The notes: generated from the sequence alone by a model not told the origin. Numbered from the stretch's first letter, positions 51,760-60,657 are shown. The stretch: 64,000 nucleotides of DNA from Candidatus Latescibacterota bacterium (GCA_965116885.1 OZ220741.1:3456001-3520000), one strand, 5' to 3'. Numbers and translations: made by a program.

Positions 51760-52866
51760 ATGGTATACTTAACATACAAATACAAAATGTATAGCCTCTG
51801 TGACCGCAACAAGTATATCCATAGGGATATAGACGCCTTTGCTCATGTGTATAATCATTTCATTGCCTTGCACAAGCGATACTATCGACGATATAACAAG
51901 CATGCGAACAAGTATGTACTGATGAAGCACCTCAAAAAACTGAAAGACACAACGCGCTTTGCACATTGGCGTTTGTTGCCGAGTCAGGCATTGCAAAATG
52001 TGATTGAGCGTATAGACTTTGGCTATCAGAAATTCTTTGCCAGAGATAATAAGCGTCCACCCACATTCAGGTCTCGCTTTCGGTATCAGTCCTATACGCT
52101 GAAACAGGCTGGATACAAATTCCTTGAGGGTAACAAGGTGCGTATTGGCAAGCGTATATTCAGATACCATAAGAGCAGAAAGTTCGATGTAGAACGTATC
52201 AAGACGGTCACAATCAAACGTGACCGCGTAGGCGATTTGTGGCTCTGTGTTGTTGCAAAGGCTGAGGGTATCAAGTCATTCATGATCAAGAACGGTAAAA
52301 CCGCAGGTTTTGACTTTGGCTTGAAAACATATCTAACAGCCTCAGACAGCACAAGGACACAATCGCCATTGTTCTTCAATCGCAATTCGAGGAAAGTCAA
52401 AAAGGCTAATCGCAATCTTTCTCGTAAAAAGAAAGGGAGCAACAATCGTCACAAGGCAAGATTGAATCTTTCCAGAGTGCATAGGCGCGTTGCTAATCAG
52501 CGCAGAGACTATCATTGGCGACTTGCCCATCAACTGTGTAAAGACTATGACGTAATGTATTTTGAAATGCTGAATATCGACGCCATGAAAGCGTTGTGGG
52601 GCAGAAAGATTAGCGATTTGGGCTTCTCGGACTTTTTGAACATTCTCAAGTATGTTGCCAAAAAGACGGGCAAGGTTGTCAAACAAATCGACAAATGGCT
52701 GCCCACGTCAAAGACATGCTCTGCTTGTGGCACAGTCAAAGAGGACCTCGAATTGCGAGAGAGAACATTCCATTGTTGCGAGTGTGGTCTTGAGATAGAC
52801 AGAGACCTGAACGCGGCGATAAACATTCACAGGTGGGGGCGTCCACCTATGGCGGAGGTAGCGTAA
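51760..52866 (+). CDS. tnpB: RNA-guided endonuclease TnpB
   Basis: TYKYKMY start; RuvC-I GFDFGLK, RuvC-II YFEMLNI, zinc finger CSAC/CECG, RuvC-III DRDLNAA all intact. Confidence 0.96.
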   Translation: MVYLTYKYKMYSLCDRNKYIHRDIDAFAHVYNHFIALHKRYYRRYNKHANKYVLMKHLKKLKDTTRFAHWRLLPSQALQNVIERIDFGYQKFFARDNKRPPTFRSRFRYQSYTLKQAGYKFLEGNKVRIGKRIFRYHKSRKFDVERIKTVTIKRDRVGDLWLCVVAKAEGIKSFMIKNGKTAGFDFGLKTYLTASDSTRTQSPLFFNRNSRKVKKANRNLSRKKKGSNNRHKARLNLSRVHRRVANQRRDYHWRLAHQLCKDYDVMYFEMLNIDAMKALWGRKISDLGFSDFLNILKYVAKKTGKVVKQIDKWLPTSKTCSACGTVKEDLELRERTFHCCECGLEIDRDLNAAINIHRWGRPPMAEVA

Positions 52867-52992
52867 GACTTGCCGAACTTCGGGGAAGCAAGCAACTACT
52901 GTTGATCCCACAATCCCTGCTGAAGCAACAAGATTCTACAATCCCAATGCTTTAGATTTGGGAGTACGTCAAATCACATCCAATATCACTTG
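52820..52992 (+). ncRNA. Predicted TnpB omega/reRNA (scaffold plus flank-derived guide)
   Basis: Inferred from the established IS200/IS605 layout: scaffold spans the tnpB 3' end to the TCAA right end; guide is the flanking ATCACATCCAATATCACTTG. 5' boundary approximate. Confidence 0.55.
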
Positions 52993-53241
52993 AGGATTTT
53001 TGTCTGCGATTATCAGTAGTGTCCGGGCTGCACCCGATGGACGACGGCGACCCTGCTCCCAGTCTTGCAACGTGCGAACAGATACACCCATCAATTGGGC
53101 AAACTGAGATTGAGAAAGACCCACTTTCGCTCTCGTTTCGGCAATATCAGGTACTGTGATGATACGACCGTGTTCGCCGCGCTTAATTTCCTGCAAACCA
53201 GATAGAATCTCTTGGCCAATATCTCTATTCCTTTCATTCAT
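52969..53241 (-). CDS. HigA-like HTH (Xre) antitoxin
   Basis: GLSQSQFAQLMGVSVRTLQDWEQGRRRPSGAARTLL; directly downstream of the toxin. Confidence 0.9.
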   Translation of the reverse strand: MNERNRDIGQEILSGLQEIKRGEHGRIITVPDIAETRAKVGLSQSQFAQLMGVSVRTLQDWEQGRRRPSGAARTLLIIADKNPQVILDVI

Positions 53242-53548
53242 TTTCGATCTCCTCACGGATTTGTTTGAGAATGTGGGCAGGAATATTGTCGCTCACATTT
53301 TTCGGATAGATCGTCAACATCCAAAATGTCTGTGTCGTCATTTTCACGAAATAGATGACTCTATAGCCACTGCGTTTTCCTCGCCCTTGTGCCCGCCATC
53401 TGATTTTTCGCACACCTCCCGATCCGGAAATCACACTGCCAGCCTCAGGATTTAACAGTAAGGCTTTCTGCAATTCCGCGTATTCTTCGTCGGATAAGTA
53501 TTTCCGTATGAGTTGGGTAAAAAGCTTTGTTTCAATGAAATTGTACAT
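53234..53548 (-). CDS. RelE/HigB-2-like toxin
   Basis: FIETKLF, NPEAGSVISGSGGVRKIRW, GKRSGYRVIYF, LTIYPKN; start moved to ATG 53548. Confidence 0.9.
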   Translation of the reverse strand: MYNFIETKLFTQLIRKYLSDEEYAELQKALLLNPEAGSVISGSGGVRKIRWRAQGRGKRSGYRVIYFVKMTTQTFWMLTIYPKNVSDNIPAHILKQIREEIENE

Positions 53549-53554
53549 ACCCAA

Positions 53555-53582
53555 AATATACGGCATTGCCGTATAATATCAA
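53555..53582 (-). promoter_or_regulatory. higBA promoter with overlapping operator palindrome
   Basis: Minus strand TTGATA-16 bp-TATATT, 6 nt before the ATG; palindrome TATACGGCA-T-TGCCGTATA at 53557-53575. Confidence 0.75.
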
Positions 53583-53616
53583 AAAAGAAACTTCAAATAT
53601 CGGACTGCGGCCGCAG

Positions 53617-53725
53617 GTAGGGGCATCAATCAATATCTTGTGTTTTCTTGGTCAATGGATCTTGTGGTGCAGGCAGATATACAGGCCGATGAGTTTGCCT
53701 TGTCGATCCATCCTTTTGCCCCTAT
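53617..53725. repeat. Nested inverted-repeat element (GTAG-type REP/MITE-like)
   Basis: TAGGGGCA/TGCCCCTA enclosing ATGGATC/GATCCAT and AGGCAGAT/GTTTGCCT. Confidence 0.4.
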
Positions 53726-53770
53726 TTTCAAGGGTGCTCTTTACTTGAATTTACACCATAATTGGTAACT

Positions 53771-54082
53771 ATGGACCAAACAATCCTGGATAACATCATC
53801 AGTCGTATTGTGGACATAGCAGATCCTGAGCGGATTATTCTCTTTGGGTCTGCCGCCCGAGGCGACATGAACCGCCATAGCGATGTCGATTTGCTCATCG
53901 TCAAGGAGGGCGTGGACCCGCTTGATCTGATGCGGCAGATTCGCCGAAATCTTTATGGGGTAGGCGCTGCCGTTGATGCCATCGTTGTCACGCCTCAGGC
54001 CATCGAGCGCTACAAGGACAGCCACGCGCTGATCATCAAGCCCGCGTTGCAGGAAGGAAAGGTCATCTATGAATCTCCCTGA
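53771..54082 (+). CDS. Minimal nucleotidyltransferase (MNT) antitoxin
   Basis: PERIILFGSAARGD...SDVDLLIV; terminal EGKVIYE. Confidence 0.9.
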   Translation: MDQTILDNIISRIVDIADPERIILFGSAARGDMNRHSDVDLLIVKEGVDPLDLMRQIRRNLYGVGAAVDAIVVTPQAIERYKDSHALIIKPALQEGKVIYESP

Positions 54083-54530
54083 ACGCTTTCCGCCCGACGA
54101 CCCGCGAGAATGGATGAATCGCGCCAGAAGTGATCTGACGCAAGCAAAGAACCAGGTGCCAGGCGTCTATCTCGAAAATTTGTGCTTCAACGCGCAACAG
54201 GCCGCCGAAAAGTCGATCAAGGGCGTGCTGATCGCACGCGACATCGAGTTTCCTTACGTGCATGACCTTGCCCACCTGTTATCACTGCTTGAAGACGGGG
54301 GAGAGGTTATACCGGCTTTGGCGATGTATCCAGTATTATCGACGCTGCCAGCGACATCAGCGGAATCTTCTTTGGCCAATATCGCCTCACGCTTTCCTCT
54401 TCCATGGTCCGCTTATGTGCGGCTGCTTTCAGTCAAGAACATAAACGCCCGTGAGTTCTACGAAACCGAGGCCCTGCGCGGAGGATGGACGATCCGACAG
54501 CTCAGTCGGCAGCAAGGGTTTGAGGTGTGA
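54069..54530 (+). pseudogene. Truncated HEPN protein fused in frame to a DUF1016/YhcG fragment
   Basis: HEPN part EWMNRARSDL..CFNAQQAAEKSIK..HDLAHLL runs to GEVIP. Then FPLPWSAYVRLLSV..AREFYETEALRGGWTIRQL is YhcG-like and stops abruptly. Confidence 0.8.
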
Positions 54531-54560
54531 CATAAGGCGACATGTCCCACCTGACGCCGC

Positions 54561-55058
54561 TTACTGCTTTGTCAGGATAGCCTCGAGCCTGACTTCATCG
54601 AACGAGACCTCTCCAGCCACCGCCTCGGAACACACCAGCGTACCGCGCATCAACGTGCGTTCCTCGTTTACGCTGGCCGTGTATGTGCACGTCGTAGAGA
54701 TCGGAGGGCCGAAAAGAGCAACGGTAAGTGGGAAGTCCAGGCGGATATCGGGATGGGTGTACGTACCCGTTACCGATCCGCCGCCAAGTGGAAGCCCGAT
54801 TGTAAGGGTGTAGTCGCCGCTGACTGACGATCCGGACTGGGTCAACGCGAGTAGGAAATCGAACCTATTTCCGCCGACCTCCTCAATCGAGTCCGTCCAC
54901 GTTCCGGTCAGCGATGGCTCTTCCGTGCCCGTGCTATCGTCGCCGCATCCGGAAGCCCAAAGCGTCAGTGCGATCACCGCGCCAAAAAGGCAGCGGACTG
55001 GACTGACACCGTACAATAAGTGAGTGAGACTGAACAACGAATGAAACTTTTGCATCAT
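54561..55058 (-). CDS. Hypothetical lipoprotein
   Basis: Hydrophobic stretch ending LWASG-C lipobox; LTGTW beta-rich domain; GGAGG RBS. Confidence 0.7.
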   Translation of the reverse strand: MMQKFHSLFSLTHLLYGVSPVRCLFGAVIALTLWASGCGDDSTGTEEPSLTGTWTDSIEEVGGNRFDFLLALTQSGSSVSGDYTLTIGLPLGGGSVTGTYTHPDIRLDFPLTVALFGPPISTTCTYTASVNEERTLMRGTLVCSEAVAGEVSFDEVRLEAILTKQ

Positions 55059-55532
55059 ATCCTCCCGTGGTTAAATGCGAATTCCTCAAGTTGTGAAGGG
55101 CTTCCCTCAGCGCCAGCTTGCGCCAACAGAGACGCCCTTTCGGTTACAGGACTCTTAAACCTGCATACAAATAAGATTGTGACCATCAACACCGCTTCTG
55201 ATAAGGATTACACGGCCAATTTACTCCCGCGGCTGTCCTACCTCATCATCGCGTGTCTCCGCTGCCTCCTGTGACTGTGTGGCGTGCTCGCCGCCACAGC
55301 CGCATATCACGCGGGTAAAGCCCGGTCTTTGACTCACCTCTCCCTTATCCATTGGTTATGGTTTGTTGGACCATTCTCGCTCTGTATGTTGCGGCAGAAG
55401 ATCAAAGGCTGACTACCAATCCGACTGGGACCTTCTGCCGTTTTTGCTGAGAAATATCACGGCTGATTTTCTGAGCCTCAAAACGATTCAAATTTTGGGC
55501 ACAGATCCTTCTTTGCGAAAAAACTTTAAATA

Positions 55533-55549
55533 TGCAATATCCGTGCCAA
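55533..55549 (-). promoter_or_regulatory. Sigma54 -24/-12 promoter
   Basis: TTGGCACGGATATTGCA matches TGGCAC-N5-TTGC exactly. Confidence 0.8.
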
Positions 55550-55654
55550 CGTATTTGTCACAAGATGATTTTATTCTTAAAGTATTATTTATATTCAAGT
55601 AGTTCAAAAAAGAAGATAAAAGCCAGTCTGAAATTTTATATTTCTAATCACTAT

Positions 55655-55685
55655 ATATCGCGATATTTAATCATATATCGCGATA
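55655..55685. promoter_or_regulatory. Tandem palindromic candidate enhancer (UAS) sites
   Basis: TATCGCGATA at 55656 and 55676, 20 bp apart, about 110-135 bp upstream of the sigma54 promoter. Confidence 0.6.
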
Positions 55686-55714
55686 ACCGATATGAAGAAT
55701 ATATGATACAGAAC

Positions 55715-55810
55715 TTAAGGCAATTTGATGCCCAGTTTTTTCATTTTGCCATACAGGGTAGAAGGCGGTAATCCCAGCAGTGCCGCGGCGCCCCTGTCCC
55801 CACTTGTTGT
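55715..55810 (-). pseudogene. C-terminal Fis-type HTH remnant of a sigma54 activator (FhlA/NtrC-like)
   Basis: SGDRGAAALLGLPPSTLYGKMKKLGI; no AAA+ domain upstream. Confidence 0.8.
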
Positions 55811-55928
55811 TGCGGTCTGGTTTTCGACCGTAAACGCCTGCATTATACGCCAAAATGCCATTGCAAACCCCTGTTCTTTCGAGTAAATTGCAGATATTTG
55901 TAAATATCGAAAGACAAAGGTGCATAAT

Positions 55929-56527
55929 ATGACCAGACGCAGACTGCCCATCGGCATCCAAACCTTCCGCGAGATGCGAGAGGATAACTGCTACTATGTG
56001 GATAAGACCGCCTATATTCGGAGGCTGCTCGACCAGGGCAAGCACTATTTTTTATCACGTCCACGTCGTTTTGGCAAAAGTCTGTTTCTGGACACGCTAA
56101 AGGAACTGTTTGAGGGCAATGAGCCGCTGTTTGGGGGGCTTCATATCCACGACCACTGGGATTGGTCTGTTCGCTATCCTGTCCTGCGCCTCGACTTCAG
56201 CAGTGGGAACTATCAGGGGCCGGACGACTTGCGGAAGGAAGTGGCGGTGCAATTGGACGCCCTGGAGAACGAAGCAAAGGTCAGCCCGCGCGACGAAGAC
56301 GCATCAGGCCGCTTGCGCCACTTATGGCCGTTCACTTCAACGATAACATCTACCTGTTCGAGTTCAAGGTGGTGGAACTGGCGTCTGATGGTGCGGCGAT
56401 GGCGCAGTTGCAGGAGAAGGGATACGCGGACAAATATCGGGGTCTGGATCAGCCGATCCATCTGATCGGGGTAGAGTTCAGCAAGGATACCCGCAATATC
56501 ACGGCCTTTGAGGTCGTACCTGCGTGA
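55929..56527 (+). pseudogene. AAA-ATPase / PD-(D/E)XK nuclease gene with large internal deletion
   Basis: N terminus LPIGIQTF..YYVDKT..SRPRRFGKSL in one frame. C terminus IYLFEFKVV..QLQEKGYADKY..LIGVEFS in another, joined near 56322. Confidence 0.88.
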
Positions 56528-56599
56528 GAAATGTGGGACGATTATTACGACCGACTGGCGCCGCCCACTGGGGGGACGGCGACGGGGGGTTGGGGGTGA
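56524..56599 (+). repeat. Patchwork of short copies of upstream genes
   Basis: 56537-56571 matches 51200-51235; 56572-56599 matches 50547-50574 (27/28); 56524-56533 matches 49341-49350 (10/10). Confidence 0.85.
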
Positions 56600-56638
56600 T
56601 GGACTACGCTAGATGAATAAAATGTGGAGGCAAAACCC

Positions 56639-57817
56639 ATGACACATACACTTGATTCGTACGGCGGCACAATCCAATTGAAGGGAAAAAGCACCGGCTG
56701 GTTCCATCTCGAGGTACTGGGCGGGCGCAGATGGTTCATCACACCTGAGGGCAACGCCTTTTTCCCTGTGTCGCTGGCCCATATCTACACCGGCAACAGT
56801 CAGCCGACCGTGCAAAAGCTTTACGACGGCGACAAGGATGCGTGGATTGAAAAGTGGTTTGACCAGATGCGTGTGCTCGGGTTTAACTGCGCACTCGCTG
56901 GCGCAACGAGCCAGTGTCGAGACCCCAGGGGCTATGTCGATGTCGAGAAGGTGGTGGCGCTGTTTCGCCGCGAATCTTTCCCTTACGCTGCCGGGCTCTT
57001 CCTGATCCCTCACCCCAACGAGCTACCGGAAGGTCAGGAACGCCCGGATATCTTCGCCCCCGCTTACCAGGAGTGGGTAGAAGCGTTGGTAGCCGATGTT
57101 TGCTCGCGGTACGCCGATGATCCATTAATGATGGGATACTATTATGGTTTTGGCACCTTCATCAGACCGGAGAGCTGGATCGATTCAATACCATCGCTCG
57201 ACAGCAAAGCACCAGAGCAGGAGAATATCCGCAAAATGGCGGTTCACATGTACCGTATTGTCCACGATGCGATACGTCGGCATGACCCCAACCACCTGAT
57301 CCTCGGACCTTATGTCAAGGAGCAGTCCTTTGACCTGAAAACGTGGGAGGCTTTGACGCCTTATGTTGACATGCTTTCGCCCCAGCACTTCAACCGCGAC
57401 ATCAGTTTTGCCGAACAGAGTGCAGCAACGGGCAGGTCCGTGCTGGTCTCTGACGAGGAGTCAGGCCATATTTTTGAAGCGTCACGCCAGAATCCGCGCA
57501 GTGTGACATCCGAGCACAAAGGCCGCATCTACGGCTTGCTGCTCAACCGCCACTTGCGAGACTCGAACGTGTGCGGTGTCAATTTTTGCGCGACTCTGTA
57601 CGACCTCGATGACGGTCCGTTGATGAAAATGTCCGGCATGATGGAAGGCCTGTACGACTGGGACGGTAACCCAAAGCCCGGGCTCGTGAACGCCGTGAGG
57701 GAGGCCAACAAGGAAATCTATGAACGCGCAACAGATCCATATCGTTCTTCTGAACTTGCCGAGTTGGATGAAAATCTGTGTCGCGTCAGAGATGAGGTAC
57801 ACAAACATATTCGTTAG
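56639..57817 (+). CDS. Agarase-like (GH50/clan A-like) glycoside hydrolase homolog
   Basis: TGWFHLE..RWFITPEGNAFF, LGFN, PDIF, DDPLMMGYY, AIRRHDPNHLILG, GLYD; GGAGG RBS. The usual NE acid/base dipeptide is not evident. Confidence 0.65.
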   Translation: MTHTLDSYGGTIQLKGKSTGWFHLEVLGGRRWFITPEGNAFFPVSLAHIYTGNSQPTVQKLYDGDKDAWIEKWFDQMRVLGFNCALAGATSQCRDPRGYVDVEKVVALFRRESFPYAAGLFLIPHPNELPEGQERPDIFAPAYQEWVEALVADVCSRYADDPLMMGYYYGFGTFIRPESWIDSIPSLDSKAPEQENIRKMAVHMYRIVHDAIRRHDPNHLILGPYVKEQSFDLKTWEALTPYVDMLSPQHFNRDISFAEQSAATGRSVLVSDEESGHIFEASRQNPRSVTSEHKGRIYGLLLNRHLRDSNVCGVNFCATLYDLDDGPLMKMSGMMEGLYDWDGNPKPGLVNAVREANKEIYERATDPYRSSELAELDENLCRVRDEVHKHIR

Positions 57818-57875
57818 ATACGAGAAATCAGTATGTCATCCTGTTTGGGGACACTACACTGGAGGAGCACAGGTT

Positions 57876-58670
57876 ATGGGACAAGCATTGACGGAGCGTG
57901 AAATCGAATCGATCGTCCGGGAGGTCACAGACGAAGAAGTGGCTTTTTACCACGAATACGGGTGGGTCATGATGAAGCAACTCGTGGACTCGGCGTTCGC
58001 AACGGAGCTCCTGCGCGTTGGTCAGGAATGGTTGAAACGCAATGACGAAGAGAAGGGCGGCAGACGGGCCGTCGGCCTGGCGCGGCGGGAAGAGACCGAG
58101 CCGTTCCGTTCGTTCATGTTCAGCGAGCGCATGTCAAAGAACGCAACGCGACTCGTGAACAGGAAGCGGCTCAAGGGCGTAGATATCCCACTTCGCTATC
58201 GCATCGACATCCTCCAACACAAGCCCCCGGGGGCAGCCGGAGCCACTTATCATCAGGACTCGTCAGAGCACGGCTCTGATCGCGTGGGTGAGCTCCAGTT
58301 CTGGCTTGCACTGGTGGAAGTGCCACCAGAGATGAGTGCCATGCGGTTCGTCAGCCGCTCGCATCGCGAAGGACCGCTTGGCTCGGTATTCAAAGATGAC
58401 CAGGGCAACCTGCTCGAGCAGTACCCAAATCTGACGTCTGTGCTGGAACTCTCTCCGCCCTTCCATTACCAGCCGGGTGACTGCACGGTGCATCACGGAT
58501 ACACAGTCCATGGCGGTCCCCCCAACAGCACCGACAAGTCGCGCTGGTCATACCTCTTCTCATACTCCCCTTCTGACACGCGATATTGGAACGGCACCGC
58601 AGCCAACTGGGGCAGCGAGCGGAAGCGTTTGAGTGACCCGAAGAATCCCACGGTCCATTTTTCCGATTAA
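57876..58670 (+). CDS. PhyH family dioxygenase
   Basis: Start moved to MGQALT (GGAGG RBS); YHQD, FWLAL, PGDCTVH..VHGGPPN..RWSY. Confidence 0.88.
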   Translation: MGQALTEREIESIVREVTDEEVAFYHEYGWVMMKQLVDSAFATELLRVGQEWLKRNDEEKGGRRAVGLARREETEPFRSFMFSERMSKNATRLVNRKRLKGVDIPLRYRIDILQHKPPGAAGATYHQDSSEHGSDRVGELQFWLALVEVPPEMSAMRFVSRSHREGPLGSVFKDDQGNLLEQYPNLTSVLELSPPFHYQPGDCTVHHGYTVHGGPPNSTDKSRWSYLFSYSPSDTRYWNGTAANWGSERKRLSDPKNPTVHFSD

Positions 58671-58687
58671 GGTTTCAGGGGGTTGAA

Positions 58688-59425
58688 ATGGTTTCTGTAC
58701 AACAATGGGACTTTTTTCAAGAACACGGTTATCTGATCGTTGAAAATGTAATCTCTGTGCAACGATTGGCAGCGTTGCGAGAGGCCCTGGAAAAGAGATA
58801 TGATCTGGAGGGCGAAAAGGCAGGGACAGAGGGATCGACCCCTCCGGGCGTTCGCAGGTTGTGCAATCTCATTGGTAAAGGCCGCGTCTTCGAAGAGCTG
58901 GCAATTGAGCCGATTGCATTGGAAATGGCCAGGCTGGTGGTTGGAGAGGATATGCGCTGGCAGGCCATGAATTTTCACGATCCCATGCCCGGTGATCCGC
59001 GTCCTATTCAGGCAATCCATGCCGATCGATCGTTCTTTAAGAATTGTACTGCGTACCTCAATGTCGTGTGGGCACTTGATGATATGACAGAAGAAAACGG
59101 TGCGACTCGCCTTGTGCCGGGATCGCATAAAAAACCCTGGCCCCGAGATATTATGGACGATCTCAAAGAGGCAGTTGCTGGAGAAATCTACGCGACCTGT
59201 AAGGCCGGAACTGGCATTTTTTGCCACGGTGATGTCTGGCATGGCGCACGCGCAAACCTTTCAAAATCTCCCAGGCGTGTGATCCATATGGGATACAGTT
59301 GTACAAACACTGCGCCTCAATATGAAATTGCAGGCTCTTTGACGCAGGATATTCGCGAGCGGTTGGGCGAGCATTGTGCGCTCATTCCAGATCCCCTATC
59401 GTCATTTGATTTGGAGAAGCCCTAA
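58688..59425 (+). CDS. PhyH family dioxygenase
   Basis: IHAD, NGATRLVPGSH, WHGARAN..RR. Confidence 0.9.
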   Translation: MVSVQQWDFFQEHGYLIVENVISVQRLAALREALEKRYDLEGEKAGTEGSTPPGVRRLCNLIGKGRVFEELAIEPIALEMARLVVGEDMRWQAMNFHDPMPGDPRPIQAIHADRSFFKNCTAYLNVVWALDDMTEENGATRLVPGSHKKPWPRDIMDDLKEAVAGEIYATCKAGTGIFCHGDVWHGARANLSKSPRRVIHMGYSCTNTAPQYEIAGSLTQDIRERLGEHCALIPDPLSSFDLEKP

Positions 59426-59478
59426 GTCTTATGGTCAATCAAAAACCATCCAACGGTCTATTTTCCAAGGAATACCAC

Positions 59479-60657
59479 ATGCCCCTGACTCAGAAATTTG
59501 AAGAGCGCGTTGTTCGCGTGGAGAAACCTTCCGCTCACTTCACGCTGTTGAGAAACGAAAAGGGTGATTTTCTGGGCGTATCAGAAGGCGAAACAGCCGT
59601 CTTTGACCACGCCGACGACAAAGCGATCTGGAAAGAAGAAGGCGATGCCTATCGCCACGTGGTGTCGGGCCTGACTCTCGATGTGTCTGCCGCGAATGAC
59701 GAACATCTCGCGCTGAATGGGAAATCACTGGGCGAAGACGGCTCCGGATCGTCCGTGCCGGGGCGTTTTCAGCCGGGGCACGGTCCTGCCCATCTTCCGT
59801 CTGAATACCTCGAGCAAATCCGCGAGAACGGATGGGTCTGCCTTCCGAGCATCTTGTCTCCTCACGCGATCGAAGAACTGCAAAGGGTGAGTTGTACTGG
59901 CAAGTGGAACCATGAAGAATTAGACAGAAGCCTGCCGACTCTCACGCAGTCTGTGGAGGTGTCGAGAGCCGCAACCGAGCCTGTATCCCTCTGGGTGATG
60001 CGGGAGTATATGCAGTGTCGGGAAATTCGGCTGGCTCACAGGCCCGGTTTTGCCGTCGTGGCTCCGGATGACGGTGAACGCCAAGTGGGGGGGTGGCATT
60101 CGGATTATCCATACCTCTGGGGGATCGCCAGGAATTCCTCTGATGGTAATCGGATCGTACCGCACAATGCGCTGAATCTCGTGCTTGGCGTTCAGCGAAA
60201 TTTGTGTGTGACTGAATTCAAGAGTGAAAACGGCGCGACCTGTTTCAAACTCGGATCGCATACGCTTGGGCAAGGACCTCCGCCAGAATGGGGGAGTGGG
60301 AATGCGCACAGGGAGGAGGGATCTCGCCAGGCAAGGGGTCTTCCCTATACAGGCTCCGAAGCAGACGTCGTCGAGGCGCCAGCGGGCAGCTACGTCATCT
60401 ATGATGCCCGAACCTGGCATCGGGCAGGCGTGAACCGCACGAACAAAAAACGGGCGGCGATGCTTCAGTCCGTGGTTCCCATGTACATCATGCCGTTTAT
60501 GGAGACCTCTCGTCCCTACAAGGAGTTCCTTGCGAGCCCTCTGGCGAGTCAACTGACGGAGCGGGAGCATATCGAGTTGGAATCCCTCCTGGTAAGCCGA
60601 ATCGATGGACCCCAAGGACGTTTTGCGATCACTATGGATGAGGAGCTTTCCAGATGA
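59479..60657 (+). CDS. PhyH family dioxygenase with extra N-terminal domain
   Basis: WHSDYP, NGATCFKLGSH, WHRAGVN..RAA; about 100 beta-rich residues precede the PhyH domain. Confidence 0.85.
   Translation: MPLTQKFEERVVRVEKPSAHFTLLRNEKGDFLGVSEGETAVFDHADDKAIWKEEGDAYRHVVSGLTLDVSAANDEHLALNGKSLGEDGSGSSVPGRFQPGHGPAHLPSEYLEQIRENGWVCLPSILSPHAIEELQRVSCTGKWNHEELDRSLPTLTQSVEVSRAATEPVSLWVMREYMQCREIRLAHRPGFAVVAPDDGERQVGGWHSDYPYLWGIARNSSDGNRIVPHNALNLVLGVQRNLCVTEFKSENGATCFKLGSHTLGQGPPPEWGSGNAHREEGSRQARGLPYTGSEADVVEAPAGSYVIYDARTWHRAGVNRTNKKRAAMLQSVVPMYIMPFMETSRPYKEFLASPLASQLTEREHIELESLLVSRIDGPQGRFAITMDEELSR

Larger units (their letters stand above)
51552..52972 (+). mobile_element. IS200/IS605-family element, tnpB only (IS1341-like, non-autonomous)
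   Basis: Flanked on the left by TTAC (51548-51551). AAAG precedes the left hairpin CCCAAC/GTTGGG, as in IS608. Right hairpin CCCAA/TTGGG followed by GTACGTCAA. No target duplication and no tnpA; excision restores the ATG TAA end of the adjacent gene. Confidence 0.92.
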
